Source of the DNA: an uncultured Candidatus Binatia bacterium
Lineage (GTDB): Bacteria; Desulfobacterota; Binatia; UBA9968; JAJDTQ01
Length of the DNA stretch: 64,000 bases
Direction of reading: 5' to 3'
Assembly: GCA_965204505.1 (NCBI GenBank)
Contig: CBDBFB010000004.1
Coordinates: forward strand, 107,449 to 171,448
The position numbers were made by a program, and so were the translations under genes. Shown here one piece after another: positions 28,752 through 38,948 of this stretch. Every line of letters begins with the position of its first letter. The first letter of the stretch is position 1. Below the pieces are notes generated by a model. It saw nothing but the letters and a program-made list of their open reading frames with translations. It was not told the origin of the DNA and did no database searches.

Positions 28752-31700
28752 GTGCCGCGGTTCGCGGCAACGGAGATGATGGATCACGTGGCGGGAACGA
28801 ACAAGAAGCTGACAGCCGCAATCGAGGCGTATCTCACCGACCTCGGACGGGTACGCGCATCGGGCGGCGCGACCGGGGAGCGATCAATCTATGGGCCGCT
28901 TGCCAATCTCCTTAACGCTGTCGGAGGCGCGCTCAAGCCGTCGGTGTTCTGTGTGGGCGAGTTGGCCGATCAGGGCGCAGGGCATCCCGACTTCGGCCTT
29001 TACGCGGTGAGCCAGGTGCAGAAGGGTCGACCAAAGGGCGGCCAGGTTCCAGAGCGTGGCGTAGTCGAGGTGAAGGCCCCCGATGACGACGCTTGGCTCA
29101 CGGCGGCGGGCGATCAAGTCAGCCGGTACTGGAAGCGCTACCGTTCGGTGCTGGTGACGAATACGCGGGACTTCGTGTTGGTGGGCGAAGACGGGGCAGG
29201 CCGTCTCGAGAAGCTGGAAACGTTCCGGCTGGCGGATAGCTTGGAGGACTTCTACCGCCAGTTGGAGAAGCCGCGTATCTTCGCTCGTAATGTTGGCCTG
29301 GGCCTCGGCGAATATCTTTGCCGCGCACTCTCATATCAAGCCGCTCTTTCGGAGCCCAAGGACTTGGCTTGGCTGCTCGCTTCCTATGCGCGCGACGGGC
29401 TGGGGCGCGTCGAGGCGACGGGTGATTCGCCATCGCTCAGGGTGGTGCGCTCGGCCCTGGAGGAAGCCTTAGGCGTTCACTTCGAGGGCGAGAAGGGCAA
29501 GCGCTTCTTCCATTCAACGCTGGTGCAGACACTTTTCTATGGCGTCTTTTCTGCCTGGGTCCTGTGGTCGCGCAGTTTCAAGTCCGACAGCGGGGCGCAT
29601 TTCGAGGGCGGCTACCGCCCCAAGCAGTTCAGTTGGCGCGAGGCGGGCTGGCATCTTCGAGCGCCGGTTCTGCGGGTGCTGTTCCAGCAGATATCCGATC
29701 CGGTGCAACTGCAATCCCTCGGTCTCGTCGAGGTATTGGACTGGACCGCCGGAGCGCTTGACCGTGTGGATCGAACGGCCTTCTTCTCCCGATTCAACGA
29801 AGGCGAGGCGGTGCCGTACTTCTATGAACCGTTTCTCGAAGCCTTCGACCCCGATCTCAGGAAACAATTGGGTGTCTGGTATACCCCGACGGATGTGGTG
29901 CGTTACATGGTCACCCGCGTAGACAGGGCGCTTAAGGACGACCTCGGTATCGCAGGGGGATTGGCCGCGGAGAACGTCTACGTCCTCGATCCTTGCTGCG
30001 GTACCGGCGCCTATCTGGCCGAAGTACTGCGACGCATCGCGGCTAATCTTGACGGACAGGGATTTGGGGCCCTGGCGGGTGCTCGGCTGAAGCAGGCGGC
30101 ATTGGGCCGTGTGTTCGGCTTCGAGATCATGCCGGCTCCGTTCGTCGTTGCCCATTTGCAGGTCGGGCTGACCATGCAAGACCTTGACGCGCCGATGGCG
30201 GACGATGGGACCGAACGGGCAGGGGTGTTCCTCACAAATGCGCTGACGGGGTGGGAGCCGAGGACGACCAAGCCCTTGCCATTCCCGGAACTCGAAGAAG
30301 AACGCGACCGGGCGGACCGCGTGAAGCGGGAGACGCCGATCCTCGTGATCCTCGGCAATCCGCCCTACAATGGCTTCGCAGGCATGGCGGTAGACGAAGA
30401 AAGGGAATTGTCGGAGTCGTACCGGTCGACAAACCAGGTCAGAAAACCAGAGGGGCAAGGGCTGAATGATCCCTATGTCCGCTTCTTCCGCATGGCGGAA
30501 CGGCGTATCACGGAAAAGACCGGTCGGGGCGTGCTCTGCTTCATTTCCAACTACTCATGGCTCGACGGCCTGTCCTTCACGGGGATGCGAGAGCGCTATC
30601 TGGAGGCGTTTGACTCGATCCGCATCGACTGCCTGAACGGTGACAAGTACAAAACCGGCAAGGTCGCACCGGACGGCTCACCCGACCCAAGCATCTTCTC
30701 GACGGAGGGCGATCCGGTCGGCATCCAGGTCGGAACCGCCATCACGACTCTGGTGCGCAAAGCGGACCACAAACCCGCCGATACGGTGGGCCTCCGGAAC
30801 CTCTGGGGCCAGGCGAAACCGGCGGAGCTGAACGAGACAGCCGAAGCGGAAGCGGATAGCCTGTACGAGCAGATCGAGCCTGTCCTGCCGCTTGGTCTTC
30901 CCTTCGTGCCAACCACGGTGAGCGGCGACTGGTTCGACTGGCCCACGTTGCCGGATCTGTTCTTGAAGTCGTTTCCTGGCGTCAAGACTAGTCGTGACGG
31001 GTTCCTCGTAGATGTGGACCTCGACCGACTGCGGGCACGCGTCGCCGATTATTTCGACGCGGCGTTGAGCCATGAGGAGATTGCGTCACGCTATCCGACA
31101 GTGATGAAGACTTCGGCGCGATTCGACGCCCGCTCTGTGCGTGACGCGTTGTTGAAACGTGGCGGGCCGGACGAAGGCGGGTTCATCCGCTTCACGTATC
31201 GGCCGTTCGACAACCGCTGGCTCTATTGGGAGGAAGATAGTCGACTACTTGACCGGCCACGACCCGACTACAGGCCGCATGTCTTCGAGGAGAATTTGTG
31301 GCTGTCAGCCGCGCAGCATCTCCGGAAGGGGGAAGAGGACCCGCAAGCGTGTTCTACGACGCACATGAGTTGTCTGCATCTGATCGAGCGTACTGCATTG
31401 ATGTTCCCGGCATGGCTCTGCGCCGACGCTCTGGATACGACGGGGGTCAAGGGCCGCCCAAATCTGTCTGATCCGGCTCAGTTCTACCTGCAGCGTATCG
31501 GCGCGAGCGTCGAGGATTTGTTCCATCATGTTCTTGCCACGTTGCACGACCCGGTCTACCGAGCGACTAACGCAGGCGCCTTGAGGATGGAATGGCCCCG
31601 GATACCCCTTCCGGGCTGGCGCAATGGCGGCACCGTGAAAGGGGCGGCAAATATGCTCGCAGAAACCGCGACACGGGGTCGCGACTTGGCACAGATGCTG

Positions 31701-32171
31701 GACCCGATGCGCCCCGTTCCGGGCGTCACAGAGGCTCCGCTACGGCCGGAGATCGCCTCCCTTGCAGTTCCCGCCACGATCAACGGGCAAAACATGAAGC
31801 CAGTTGACTTCTCAGTGACGGCTGGCTGGGGACATTTCGGAACGGGCCAAGCCATCATGCCCGGCCAGGGCCAAGCTGTTGAGCGTGCCTTGGCGCCCGA
31901 GGAACGCGCGGCAATGTCAGACAGCTTGTCCGTTCTGGGCAATACGACCTTCGACGTGTACCTGAACGGCAACGCCTTCTGGCGCAATGTTCCCGCCGCC
32001 GTCTGGAACTACAAGCTCGGTGGCTACCAAGTGCTTAAGAAATGGCTCTCCTACCGCGAGCACCCCATCCTCGACCGGCCGCTCGACCATGAAGAAGTTC
32101 GCCACTTCACGGATACCGCCCGACGTATCGGGGCGATCATATTGGAGACCGCGCCGAAGAAGCGGCCTTAA
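28752..32171 (+). CDS. single-chain Type IIL/IIG (MmeI-like) restriction-modification enzyme: PD-ExK nuclease plus gamma-class N6-adenine MTase plus TRD
   Basis: N-terminal PD...EVK (HPDFGLY...VVEVKAPDD). MTase motifs VWYTPTDVVRYMV, LDPCCGTGAYL and GNPPYNGF. C-terminal WNYKLGGYQVLKKWLSYRE signature. Confidence 0.85.
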   Translation: MPRFAATEMMDHVAGTNKKLTAAIEAYLTDLGRVRASGGATGERSIYGPLANLLNAVGGALKPSVFCVGELADQGAGHPDFGLYAVSQVQKGRPKGGQVPERGVVEVKAPDDDAWLTAAGDQVSRYWKRYRSVLVTNTRDFVLVGEDGAGRLEKLETFRLADSLEDFYRQLEKPRIFARNVGLGLGEYLCRALSYQAALSEPKDLAWLLASYARDGLGRVEATGDSPSLRVVRSALEEALGVHFEGEKGKRFFHSTLVQTLFYGVFSAWVLWSRSFKSDSGAHFEGGYRPKQFSWREAGWHLRAPVLRVLFQQISDPVQLQSLGLVEVLDWTAGALDRVDRTAFFSRFNEGEAVPYFYEPFLEAFDPDLRKQLGVWYTPTDVVRYMVTRVDRALKDDLGIAGGLAAENVYVLDPCCGTGAYLAEVLRRIAANLDGQGFGALAGARLKQAALGRVFGFEIMPAPFVVAHLQVGLTMQDLDAPMADDGTERAGVFLTNALTGWEPRTTKPLPFPELEEERDRADRVKRETPILVILGNPPYNGFAGMAVDEERELSESYRSTNQVRKPEGQGLNDPYVRFFRMAERRITEKTGRGVLCFISNYSWLDGLSFTGMRERYLEAFDSIRIDCLNGDKYKTGKVAPDGSPDPSIFSTEGDPVGIQVGTAITTLVRKADHKPADTVGLRNLWGQAKPAELNETAEAEADSLYEQIEPVLPLGLPFVPTTVSGDWFDWPTLPDLFLKSFPGVKTSRDGFLVDVDLDRLRARVADYFDAALSHEEIASRYPTVMKTSARFDARSVRDALLKRGGPDEGGFIRFTYRPFDNRWLYWEEDSRLLDRPRPDYRPHVFEENLWLSAAQHLRKGEEDPQACSTTHMSCLHLIERTALMFPAWLCADALDTTGVKGRPNLSDPAQFYLQRIGASVEDLFHHVLATLHDPVYRATNAGALRMEWPRIPLPGWRNGGTVKGAANMLAETATRGRDLAQMLDPMRPVPGVTEAPLRPEIASLAVPATINGQNMKPVDFSVTAGWGHFGTGQAIMPGQGQAVERALAPEERAAMSDSLSVLGNTTFDVYLNGNAFWRNVPAAVWNYKLGGYQVLKKWLSYREHPILDRPLDHEEVRHFTDTARRIGAIILETAPKKRP

Positions 32172-32174
32172 CGC

Positions 32175-32999
32175 TTGCCAGCGGAAGCGCTCGACTGGCT
32201 TGTACCGTCCATGCTTGCTCAAGAATCGTACGCAACCAGTAGGCTCGATCGGCTGTTCATCGCCGAACTGCGGGCGTTTCACTCCAACTTCGACGTGGCC
32301 CCAGTGCCTGTCGAGCAGGAATTGAGGGCTGGAGCGATTGGCTGGATCGCGACCTTCGCACCGAAGGCGATCAGCCTCCGCGGGAAGGAAGAGCTTCGGA
32401 AAGTTTCAACCGCGGCCCGAGACCGAGCCGACTTCAGGCATTTCGGCTGGTACCGAGTTCCCTATCTGGATGTGGCCCAGTATTCTTTGGACGGTGACAA
32501 CTCGAACTTGTCGACCGTGATCGACAATATAGATCACCACAACAGTTCCTTGCGCTCCTCCCTACATGGACCATTGGCATTGATTGCCCCGAGGCTCAGC
32601 CTTGACGACAATAACCTTTCCGGCCGGATGGAAAGCTGCTTCAAATCCAGTTCCATGTATAACGATAGCCTAATGTGCATATTTGTGGCCCTCAACGATA
32701 ACCAAGAACGAAAGCTGGCCTTGATTAGGAAATGGCGGACGATGAACAGCCTCAGCCCACAAGACATCAAGCTTCTGGATCTCATCCTTACCGGCGGACT
32801 CATATCGAACGCGTTGATTGCGGACGGGTTTTCTGCGGTTCTTCGATACATTTTTTGCCGTTTTCTGGATCCCGAAGTATCCAAAGCCCTGCCCGGACAG
32901 CAACTCGATTTACTCCCCGACAGCGAGGAGTGCCCAGTTTGGCAAGAAATGGCAGCTCACCCCTTGGTAGGCTCGTTGGTTTCGGCGAAAAGGACGTGA
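32175..32999 (+). CDS. hypothetical protein immediately downstream of the RM enzyme (candidate accessory or partner)
   Basis: Starts 4 nt after the RM stop. 274 aa at ~50% GC. It ends within a 21-bp tandem duplication tttcggcgaaaaggacgtgac x2 at 32980-33021. Confidence 0.5.
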   Translation: MPAEALDWLVPSMLAQESYATSRLDRLFIAELRAFHSNFDVAPVPVEQELRAGAIGWIATFAPKAISLRGKEELRKVSTAARDRADFRHFGWYRVPYLDVAQYSLDGDNSNLSTVIDNIDHHNSSLRSSLHGPLALIAPRLSLDDNNLSGRMESCFKSSSMYNDSLMCIFVALNDNQERKLALIRKWRTMNSLSPQDIKLLDLILTGGLISNALIADGFSAVLRYIFCRFLDPEVSKALPGQQLDLLPDSEECPVWQEMAAHPLVGSLVSAKRT

Positions 33000-33281
33000 C
33001 TTTCGGCGAAAAGGACGTGACAAGGGCAGGTTTTACAGTACATACCGATCCCTTTGGAGTCACGGAGACGCTGTCCGCCTCAAGCCTTGCGGCAATGTCA
33101 GGAAGGGGCGAGTGTCAAAGTGTTGACCTTTGCGTTGGTTGCTGAAGTCGGCGACCAGCATTAACGTTCGCCCACGCGATTGGACCGTTGGGCAGTCTGA
33201 AGGAATTGGCCTGAACCCTCCGACCAAAGGTTTCTGCGGCTGACTGGCCACCGCCGACCCTCCGGCATGCCGTTGATTCAA

Positions 33282-34586
33282 TCAATAGCTGAATCTGTAC
33301 TGACGCGGCAGAACAATCCTGTGACCGGAACGTATCTCGGCGGACGGTCTCTTCTGGCCGCCACTCGGCGTCAACACCTCGATTCCCCGTTCCGTTTCTA
33401 ACGCCTTAAGGACAGTAGTGAACTGTGCCTGCGTCGCGGCCATGTCATCGGCCAACAAAGCAAGGAGCGCGTCCACTGTAGGTTCCGAACCTGGATCGAA
33501 CTGTGTCAACCGACAAGGCAAGTCCGCCATCAGGGCGTTGTGAATTCGCCCTTCGTCCGACTCGTCGAAGCCGAAATCAATAGGAATCTGATTCTCCCAG
33601 TTTGGCCTGAAACCAAGCATGTCCAGTCCCGCCTCACCTTGGGTCACGGATGCGTTCTTTATCGCCCAGTGTGCCTCGTTCATCACCAACCGGGACCGTG
33701 GAAGCTTGGAGTAGTGAACCAACCACATATCACGGCCCGCGTCCTCGGAACGGAGAAAGAACCGAGACGCAAATTTCGACCCCACATTCTCTTTGAACAA
33801 TTTGCCCAAGAGCCGGCCCGCAAAATATCGGCCGGCCTGGGCGTCCCGTTCCTTCAGAAGCGCCTGAAGGTGATCGGCGGTGAGTTCCGAAGGAGCCATC
33901 GCCGCCAGAAAGCGGGCGCTATCATTCATGTAGTCGTAAATTGCACCGAAATTGTAAGTTACAATAACCTCGGATCTGGGCAGGGATTGATAGATCAAGC
34001 GGACATCACGGTTGGGCGCATCGGTGTAGCCGCACTGATCCAAGAGGAAGATCGATCGGCCGGCAGAACTCCACGCCGAAATCTGCCGAATGATTGTTGG
34101 AAGTGCGTCCGAGGAAGCGGACTGCTGGATGGTAATGGAGTCGCGCAGGTGTTGACGGAGCTGGGCTGCACCGATGGTAGCCCTTAGGTAGTCGATTGCA
34201 TTCGAGTCATTGTCGACGAAAAAGAACTTGGCCTCGATTCTGAGTGGCTTACGACGGCCGGCATTCACCCGTGCTTCGGCGCGTCTTACAGCATCGATCA
34301 TGACCAACGGCGAGCCGGGTCGGAAGGCCCCCTCACCACGAAACAAGCCGCCGCCTGCGAAGGAATCGACCAGCGCAATACGAAGGACGTCCATTTGCGG
34401 GACAGCGCAGACCACATCGAAATAGCGGTCAAGATAGGCCTCCAGCAGACGCAACTTAGCGTCCGTATGGGATTGGATGGTTGGCGGCTCAGCGCCGGGC
34501 CGCCAAATAAATTGGCTGTTCGCAGGCGCCATCTTCCTGGCCTTTTTCGAAACCGTATGGGAAACCGTCGTGCAGTTCGCCATCAA
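33282..34586 (-). CDS. TcmP-like (three-Cys-motif partner) protein, paired with a Gp37/Gp68 protein
   Basis: 434 aa. Lies immediately downstream of, and overlapping, a DUF5131 gene, which is the arrangement described for TcmP. The family call is from context and size, and the start is possibly at Met 34532. Confidence 0.45.
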   Translation of the reverse strand: MMANCTTVSHTVSKKARKMAPANSQFIWRPGAEPPTIQSHTDAKLRLLEAYLDRYFDVVCAVPQMDVLRIALVDSFAGGGLFRGEGAFRPGSPLVMIDAVRRAEARVNAGRRKPLRIEAKFFFVDNDSNAIDYLRATIGAAQLRQHLRDSITIQQSASSDALPTIIRQISAWSSAGRSIFLLDQCGYTDAPNRDVRLIYQSLPRSEVIVTYNFGAIYDYMNDSARFLAAMAPSELTADHLQALLKERDAQAGRYFAGRLLGKLFKENVGSKFASRFFLRSEDAGRDMWLVHYSKLPRSRLVMNEAHWAIKNASVTQGEAGLDMLGFRPNWENQIPIDFGFDESDEGRIHNALMADLPCRLTQFDPGSEPTVDALLALLADDMAATQAQFTTVLKALETERGIEVLTPSGGQKRPSAEIRSGHRIVLPRQYRFSY

Positions 34587-35271
34587 GGATACGTCCTCCC
34601 GCTTTCGATGTTCTCCCTCCCCACTGCTTAAAGAAGAACTCTACTCCCTGATGTGCACACTGGTCGCGTACCTCGCGGGCCCAGTTCACATCCATTGGGC
34701 GGGCACCAGGCCCGCTCTCGCCGCCAACGATCACCCAAGCAATACCAGACAGGTCTATGGGGCCGATCTTCCCGAGAAGCGGCTCGACCGATAGAAACCG
34801 TATGGTTGCATTGGCGCGTTTGAGGTGTGCTACGCGTCCGAGCCTATGTGAATCCTCAACGGAGACTCCAATCCAGATGTGCCGCGGTACTGGGTTGTCT
34901 GGGTACCGTCGGTTGATGTAGTTGGCCAGCCTGGAACTGCGCTTGGTAAGGACCTGAAAGATATGCTGGTTGGCCCTCTCCATCACATCGAAGACCTGAT
35001 CAAGGTACGCGTTGGGAACTCTCTTGTGGAATACATCGCTCATGGAGTTGACGAAGATCATCCGGGAACGCCGCCAGTGCACCGGTTGCAATAGCCGTTC
35101 TGGTCGCAAGGTCAGGTCGAACCCGCGCTCATAGGGATGGCCCGGGACTCCACGGAAGCGCTCAGCGAAACGCTCGGCATAGCAATGATCGCAGCCAGGG
35201 CCAATTTTGGTGCAACCGGTTACAGGATTCCACGTAGCATCAGCCCACTCTATTGCAGTCTTGTCAGCCAT
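34489..35271 (-). CDS. phage Gp37/Gp68-family (DUF5131) protein
   Basis: N-terminus ...TAIEWADATWNPVTGCTKIGPGCDHCYAERFAERF is the family signature (IeWtd.TWNp..GC...S.GC..CYA). Confidence 0.8.
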   Translation of the reverse strand: MADKTAIEWADATWNPVTGCTKIGPGCDHCYAERFAERFRGVPGHPYERGFDLTLRPERLLQPVHWRRSRMIFVNSMSDVFHKRVPNAYLDQVFDVMERANQHIFQVLTKRSSRLANYINRRYPDNPVPRHIWIGVSVEDSHRLGRVAHLKRANATIRFLSVEPLLGKIGPIDLSGIAWVIVGGESGPGARPMDVNWAREVRDQCAHQGVEFFFKQWGGRTSKAGGRILDGELHDGFPYGFEKGQEDGACEQPIYLAARR

Positions 35272-35404
35272 GGCCCCTCGAAAATCGAAGCTGCTACAGT
35301 GCCGTCCGCCACGTAGTCTGTAGGTTGTCCTCTCTGGGTAGAGAAAAGCCTGAGTTCGGGCGTGATCGACGGAGCAACGGTATTTGACGAACAGCGATGA
35401 AGGT

Positions 35405-35692
35405 CTACGCGGCAGCGATTCTTCCTACCTTGATTGTCTGTTCCAGGTGCCGCGACCGTGCAAGGTCGAAGGCCAACTGCATGCCAAGCCAAGTCTCGGG
35501 CGTGGAGCCAAACGCCTTCGACAGGCGGTAGGCCATTTCGATCGAAACGGAAGCCTTCTCGTTGACCAGATTGGAAAGAGTCTGACGTCCGATACCGAGC
35601 CGCTTTGCGCCTTCGGTCACGGACAAACCCAGCGGTTTCAGGCAGTCTTCACGCACGATGGCGCCGGGATGTACGGGATTATTCATTGTCAC
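35405..35692 (-). CDS. higA: HigA-family antitoxin (XRE HTH)
   Basis: ...HPGAIVREDCLKPLGLSVTEGAKRLGIGRQTLSNLVNEKASVS... is the HigA/VapI pattern. Confidence 0.85.
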   Translation of the reverse strand: MTMNNPVHPGAIVREDCLKPLGLSVTEGAKRLGIGRQTLSNLVNEKASVSIEMAYRLSKAFGSTPETWLGMQLAFDLARSRHLEQTIKVGRIAAA

Positions 35693-35703
35693 GGGGGCAC
35701 CTC

Positions 35704-35982
35704 CTAGTGGTAGTCCAGATAATCGACGTCCACGGCGTGGCCATCTTCGAACCGAAATGTTACCCGCCAGTTGCCTGAGACGGACACCGCATGGTGTCTC
35801 CGCATGCGGCCCTTGAGGGGGTGCAGTCGAAAGCCTGGAATATCCATTCCCTCCGGACCAGTGGAGCGGTCTAGGGCCGTCAGGATGCGCAAGAGTTTTT
35901 GCACATGCTCCTGAGCCAACTTCGGCGAACGGCCCTGCTCATAGAGCTCTCTCAAGCCACGATGCCGCAATTTCCTGATCAC
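35704..35982 (-). CDS. higB: HigB-family toxin (RelE/ParE superfamily), GTG start
   Basis: VIRKLRHRGLRELYEQGRSPKL...IPGFRLHPLKGRMRRHHAVSVSGNWRVTFRFEDGHAVDVDYLDYH. A TTGACG-15-TATACA promoter-like sequence lies just upstream. Confidence 0.8.
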   Translation of the reverse strand: MIRKLRHRGLRELYEQGRSPKLAQEHVQKLLRILTALDRSTGPEGMDIPGFRLHPLKGRMRRHHAVSVSGNWRVTFRFEDGHAVDVDYLDYH

Positions 35983-36181
35983 TTGTCTAGTGTATAGTGT
36001 CGATTGACATCCGTCAATAATCAGGAAGAGGAAGATGTACGATGGAACGGTTTGTGTCGCTATCGGCAACCCGTGGATCAGGCAGGGCATCAAGGGCCGG
36101 CGCGTACGCCGTGAGTACAGCGTGCGCGTCCATGACCACGCGCGGGCACGCGGCGCAGCCATGATTGATGAGATGTCGGGA

Positions 36182-37320
36182 TCAACGTTCCGTCAGTTCG
36201 TCGATGCGGTCTGCGATCCGCTGAGCGGGCTCGCGAAGCTTCTCCACGGTCCAGTCAGCGGCGTACCCCTCGGTCACGTCATTGGGCCGGGCGTGGTTCA
36301 CCAGCCGCTTCGTCAGCGACCGCGGTAGCATCAGCTCACGCTCCGCCACGGTGATGAAGGCGTTCCGCAACCCATGGAACCAGAACTTCTCGCCGCCCGT
36401 TCGCCCAATGTCCTCGTAGTGCGCCTGAAGCTCCTCCAAGTGCCCCGACCTGCTCGACCGCGAAGGGAACACCCACCCGCGTAGCTCCTCTGGAACGGCC
36501 TCCCTCGCGGCCAGCCGCCGCGCCAGGATCTCACCAAGCTGGCGCGTCACCGGCAGCTCCAATGGAACACCGGTCTTGGTCTCCTCCACACGAAACAGCT
36601 CCTTCCCCAGGTCCACGTCCTCCCAACGGAGCGCCAGCACCTCTCCCAGCCGCATCCCCGTGTAGAGCCCGAACAGGAACGCGTCCCGGCGCACCGGGTC
36701 TCCCACTGCCGCCTCGATCCCTCTTCGCCAGCACGGCAGCACCTCGGCCGGAGACGAGATCCGCTTCCTCCTCTTGCGGTGGTACCGTCCCCCGCCTGCA
36801 AGCCACTGCTCCACAGGGTTCCGGAGACCCTCGTGGTCCACACAGGGCCTTCGGTACACCGAGCGCAGGAACGACAGGCACTGGTTGGCGGGCATCTCGC
36901 CGTGGCGCTCGGTCAGGACCCGGAAGCGGCCCTCCACGTCCCGGCGGTTGATGTTGTCCAGACGCCGCGAGAGCCAGTCGCCGAGATACAGGGCCGCGTA
37001 CCGCCGATAGCCCCGCTCCGTGCTGGCCGCGCGGCCGTGGCCGGACTCCATGTAGTCCTTGCACGCCTCCCTCAGCGTAGGCACCGAACGCGCCTCCGCC
37101 CGCTCGTCCGCGGGATCTCGCCTGCGGCCACGCGCCCCAGCAGCTCCTGCGCCTGGCGCCGGGCCTGGTCCGGGGCGACACGGCCGAAACGGCCCACCAC
37201 CACGCGCTTGTTGGGCGCCTTGCGCCCGCCGTTGCCAGAGCGGTAGTTTACAACAAAAGCCTTGGCGCCCGAGGGATGGACACGCACACCGAAGCCCGAA
37301 AGCTCACGGTTCCAGAACAC
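36182..37320 (-). pseudogene. tyrosine integrase, frameshifted (arm-binding N-domain and catalytic domain in different frames)
   Basis: The DUF4102-like N-piece (FWNRELSGFGVRVHPSGAKAFVV...) ends at 37072. The catalytic piece (...HGLRNAF...) starts in another frame at about 37084. The upstream N-terminus is also out of frame. Confidence 0.7.
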
Positions 37321-37404
37321 CGCCTCCCGGTCTCCCGCCGGGAGCGCTTCGACTGTTCGCCTGGAGATCGCTCATCTCCCTTTCCCTTCGCTACTTCGGC
37401 AGGA

Positions 37405-37820
37405 TGTCCGCTCCGATGCTCTCCACAACTCTGGCCGTCGAGGCCTGCACAGAGTCCCACCCCAAGTGTGCGTACCGGGCCGTCGTCTGCACCTACAAGC
37501 CATTTCGAATCGATCAGAAAGAGCACAACAGGAAGATAGACGACGAAATCGTTGCCGAGATCAGGCGCTCTCGTCTCGTCGTAGCCGATTTCACTCAAGG
37601 AGACGACGGAGCGCGCGGAGGTGTGTACTACGAGGCCGGTTTTGCACACGGACTCAACATTCCGGTGATCTTTACTTGCCGAAAGGACGTATTGAACAAG
37701 ATCCATTTCGACACTCGCCAGTACAACCATATTGTCTGGGAAACACCAGTCGAATTGAGACAACGCCTTGCAGCGCGTATTTCGGCTGAAATCGGAGATG
37801 GACCCGGCAAAGAGACGTAA
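37405..37820 (+). CDS. TIR-like / nucleoside 2-deoxyribosyltransferase-like domain protein
   Basis: ...RSRLVVADFTQGDDGARGGVYYEAGFAHGLNIPVIFTCRKDV...IHFDTRQYNHIVW... is the characteristic Rossmann-like signature of this fold. The start codon is uncertain. Confidence 0.45.
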
Positions 37821-37904
37821 TGGCGTACGTCGGGCTGATCCCCACTTGACGGGCGGCGGCAGTCTTCAAGAAAGGTACGCCGGCTCTTGGGCGTATCGGC
37901 TCGG

Positions 37905-38718
37905 CTATTCGACGTCGGAATGCCCTCGCGGCACCACCACGAGATTCGCGGTAACTTCCGCCACGCCGGGGACGGCCTTGACGATTGCCACCACGCCTTC
38001 CACTGTAACCGACGAGGAAACCATGCCGGACACCGTCACCGTGCCGTTGTGCGCCTTCACGTCGACGGGCAGTTCACGGTACGGGTCGGACTGAAGCAGG
38101 GCCGCCTGGGTCTTCCTGGCCAGCGCGAGGTCTTCGAAGGCTTGCTTGGAGGCCTCTGTCTCGGCAAACGCCGCGAGCCGGGCGGTGGCGCCGATGATCT
38201 CGCTGGCCGCGTCCACGCCCATGCCGAGATTGAGCACCAGGTGGTACCGGGTCGGGTCCTGCCAGTCGTGGCCGAACAGGGACATGAGCCGCCGGCTGCG
38301 GGCACGGTCGGCGTGCTCGAGCTGTCTGCGGATGGCGCCTTCGTCCTGCGCGGGGCGCAACCGGAGCAGGTCGATGCGCAGGTCCATGGAGCCGGTCAGG
38401 AAGACCTTGAGCACATGGGAGACTCCGGGAAGGAGCTCGTGTCCCACGTGGCCGTGGTAGACCATCGGGCCGGCCTGAGCCATCTCGCACATGGCGGCCT
38501 GGAGCGCGATGCGGTAGGGCCGCAAGTCCTGCAGCCACTGCTCCCACCAGTGCGGCGCCTTCTCCGTGATGTCGTCGAGCTTGGCGCGCGGCACCCCGTA
38601 ATGCGGCAGCGTGGCCGCCAGGTCCTGCCGTCCCACGCACTTGTAGCCGAGGGACCGCGCGACCCGGTTGGCAACTTCCTCCGCCCCGTGGATTCCTTCG
38701 TAGATCATGATGATCGCC
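37905..38718 (-). CDS. cytidylate-kinase-like domain plus BON-domain protein
   Basis: N-terminal MAIIMIYEGIHGAEEVANRVARSLGY is P-loop-kinase-like. The C-terminal ...VDVKAHNGTVTVSGMVSSSVTVEGVVAIVKAVPGVAEVTANLVV is a BON domain. Confidence 0.55.
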
Positions 38719-38948
38719 ATGACGAATCCTCCTTCCCAAGAGGGACGCGACACCAGACCATGCTTGACCTCGCACATTCAGCATACTGCTGGGACGGCGA
38801 ATGGGCAATGAAGAGAGTTTCCAATGAGACATGAGGCTGACGGAGGAGGCGGAATCCAACGAGAGAATGAGCCCGAAGTCTGTGGGTGGGGGAGAACGGG
38901 AGGATGATCGTGGCAATGAGTCTTGAGAGGGTTACGCACGGTCCGGCG

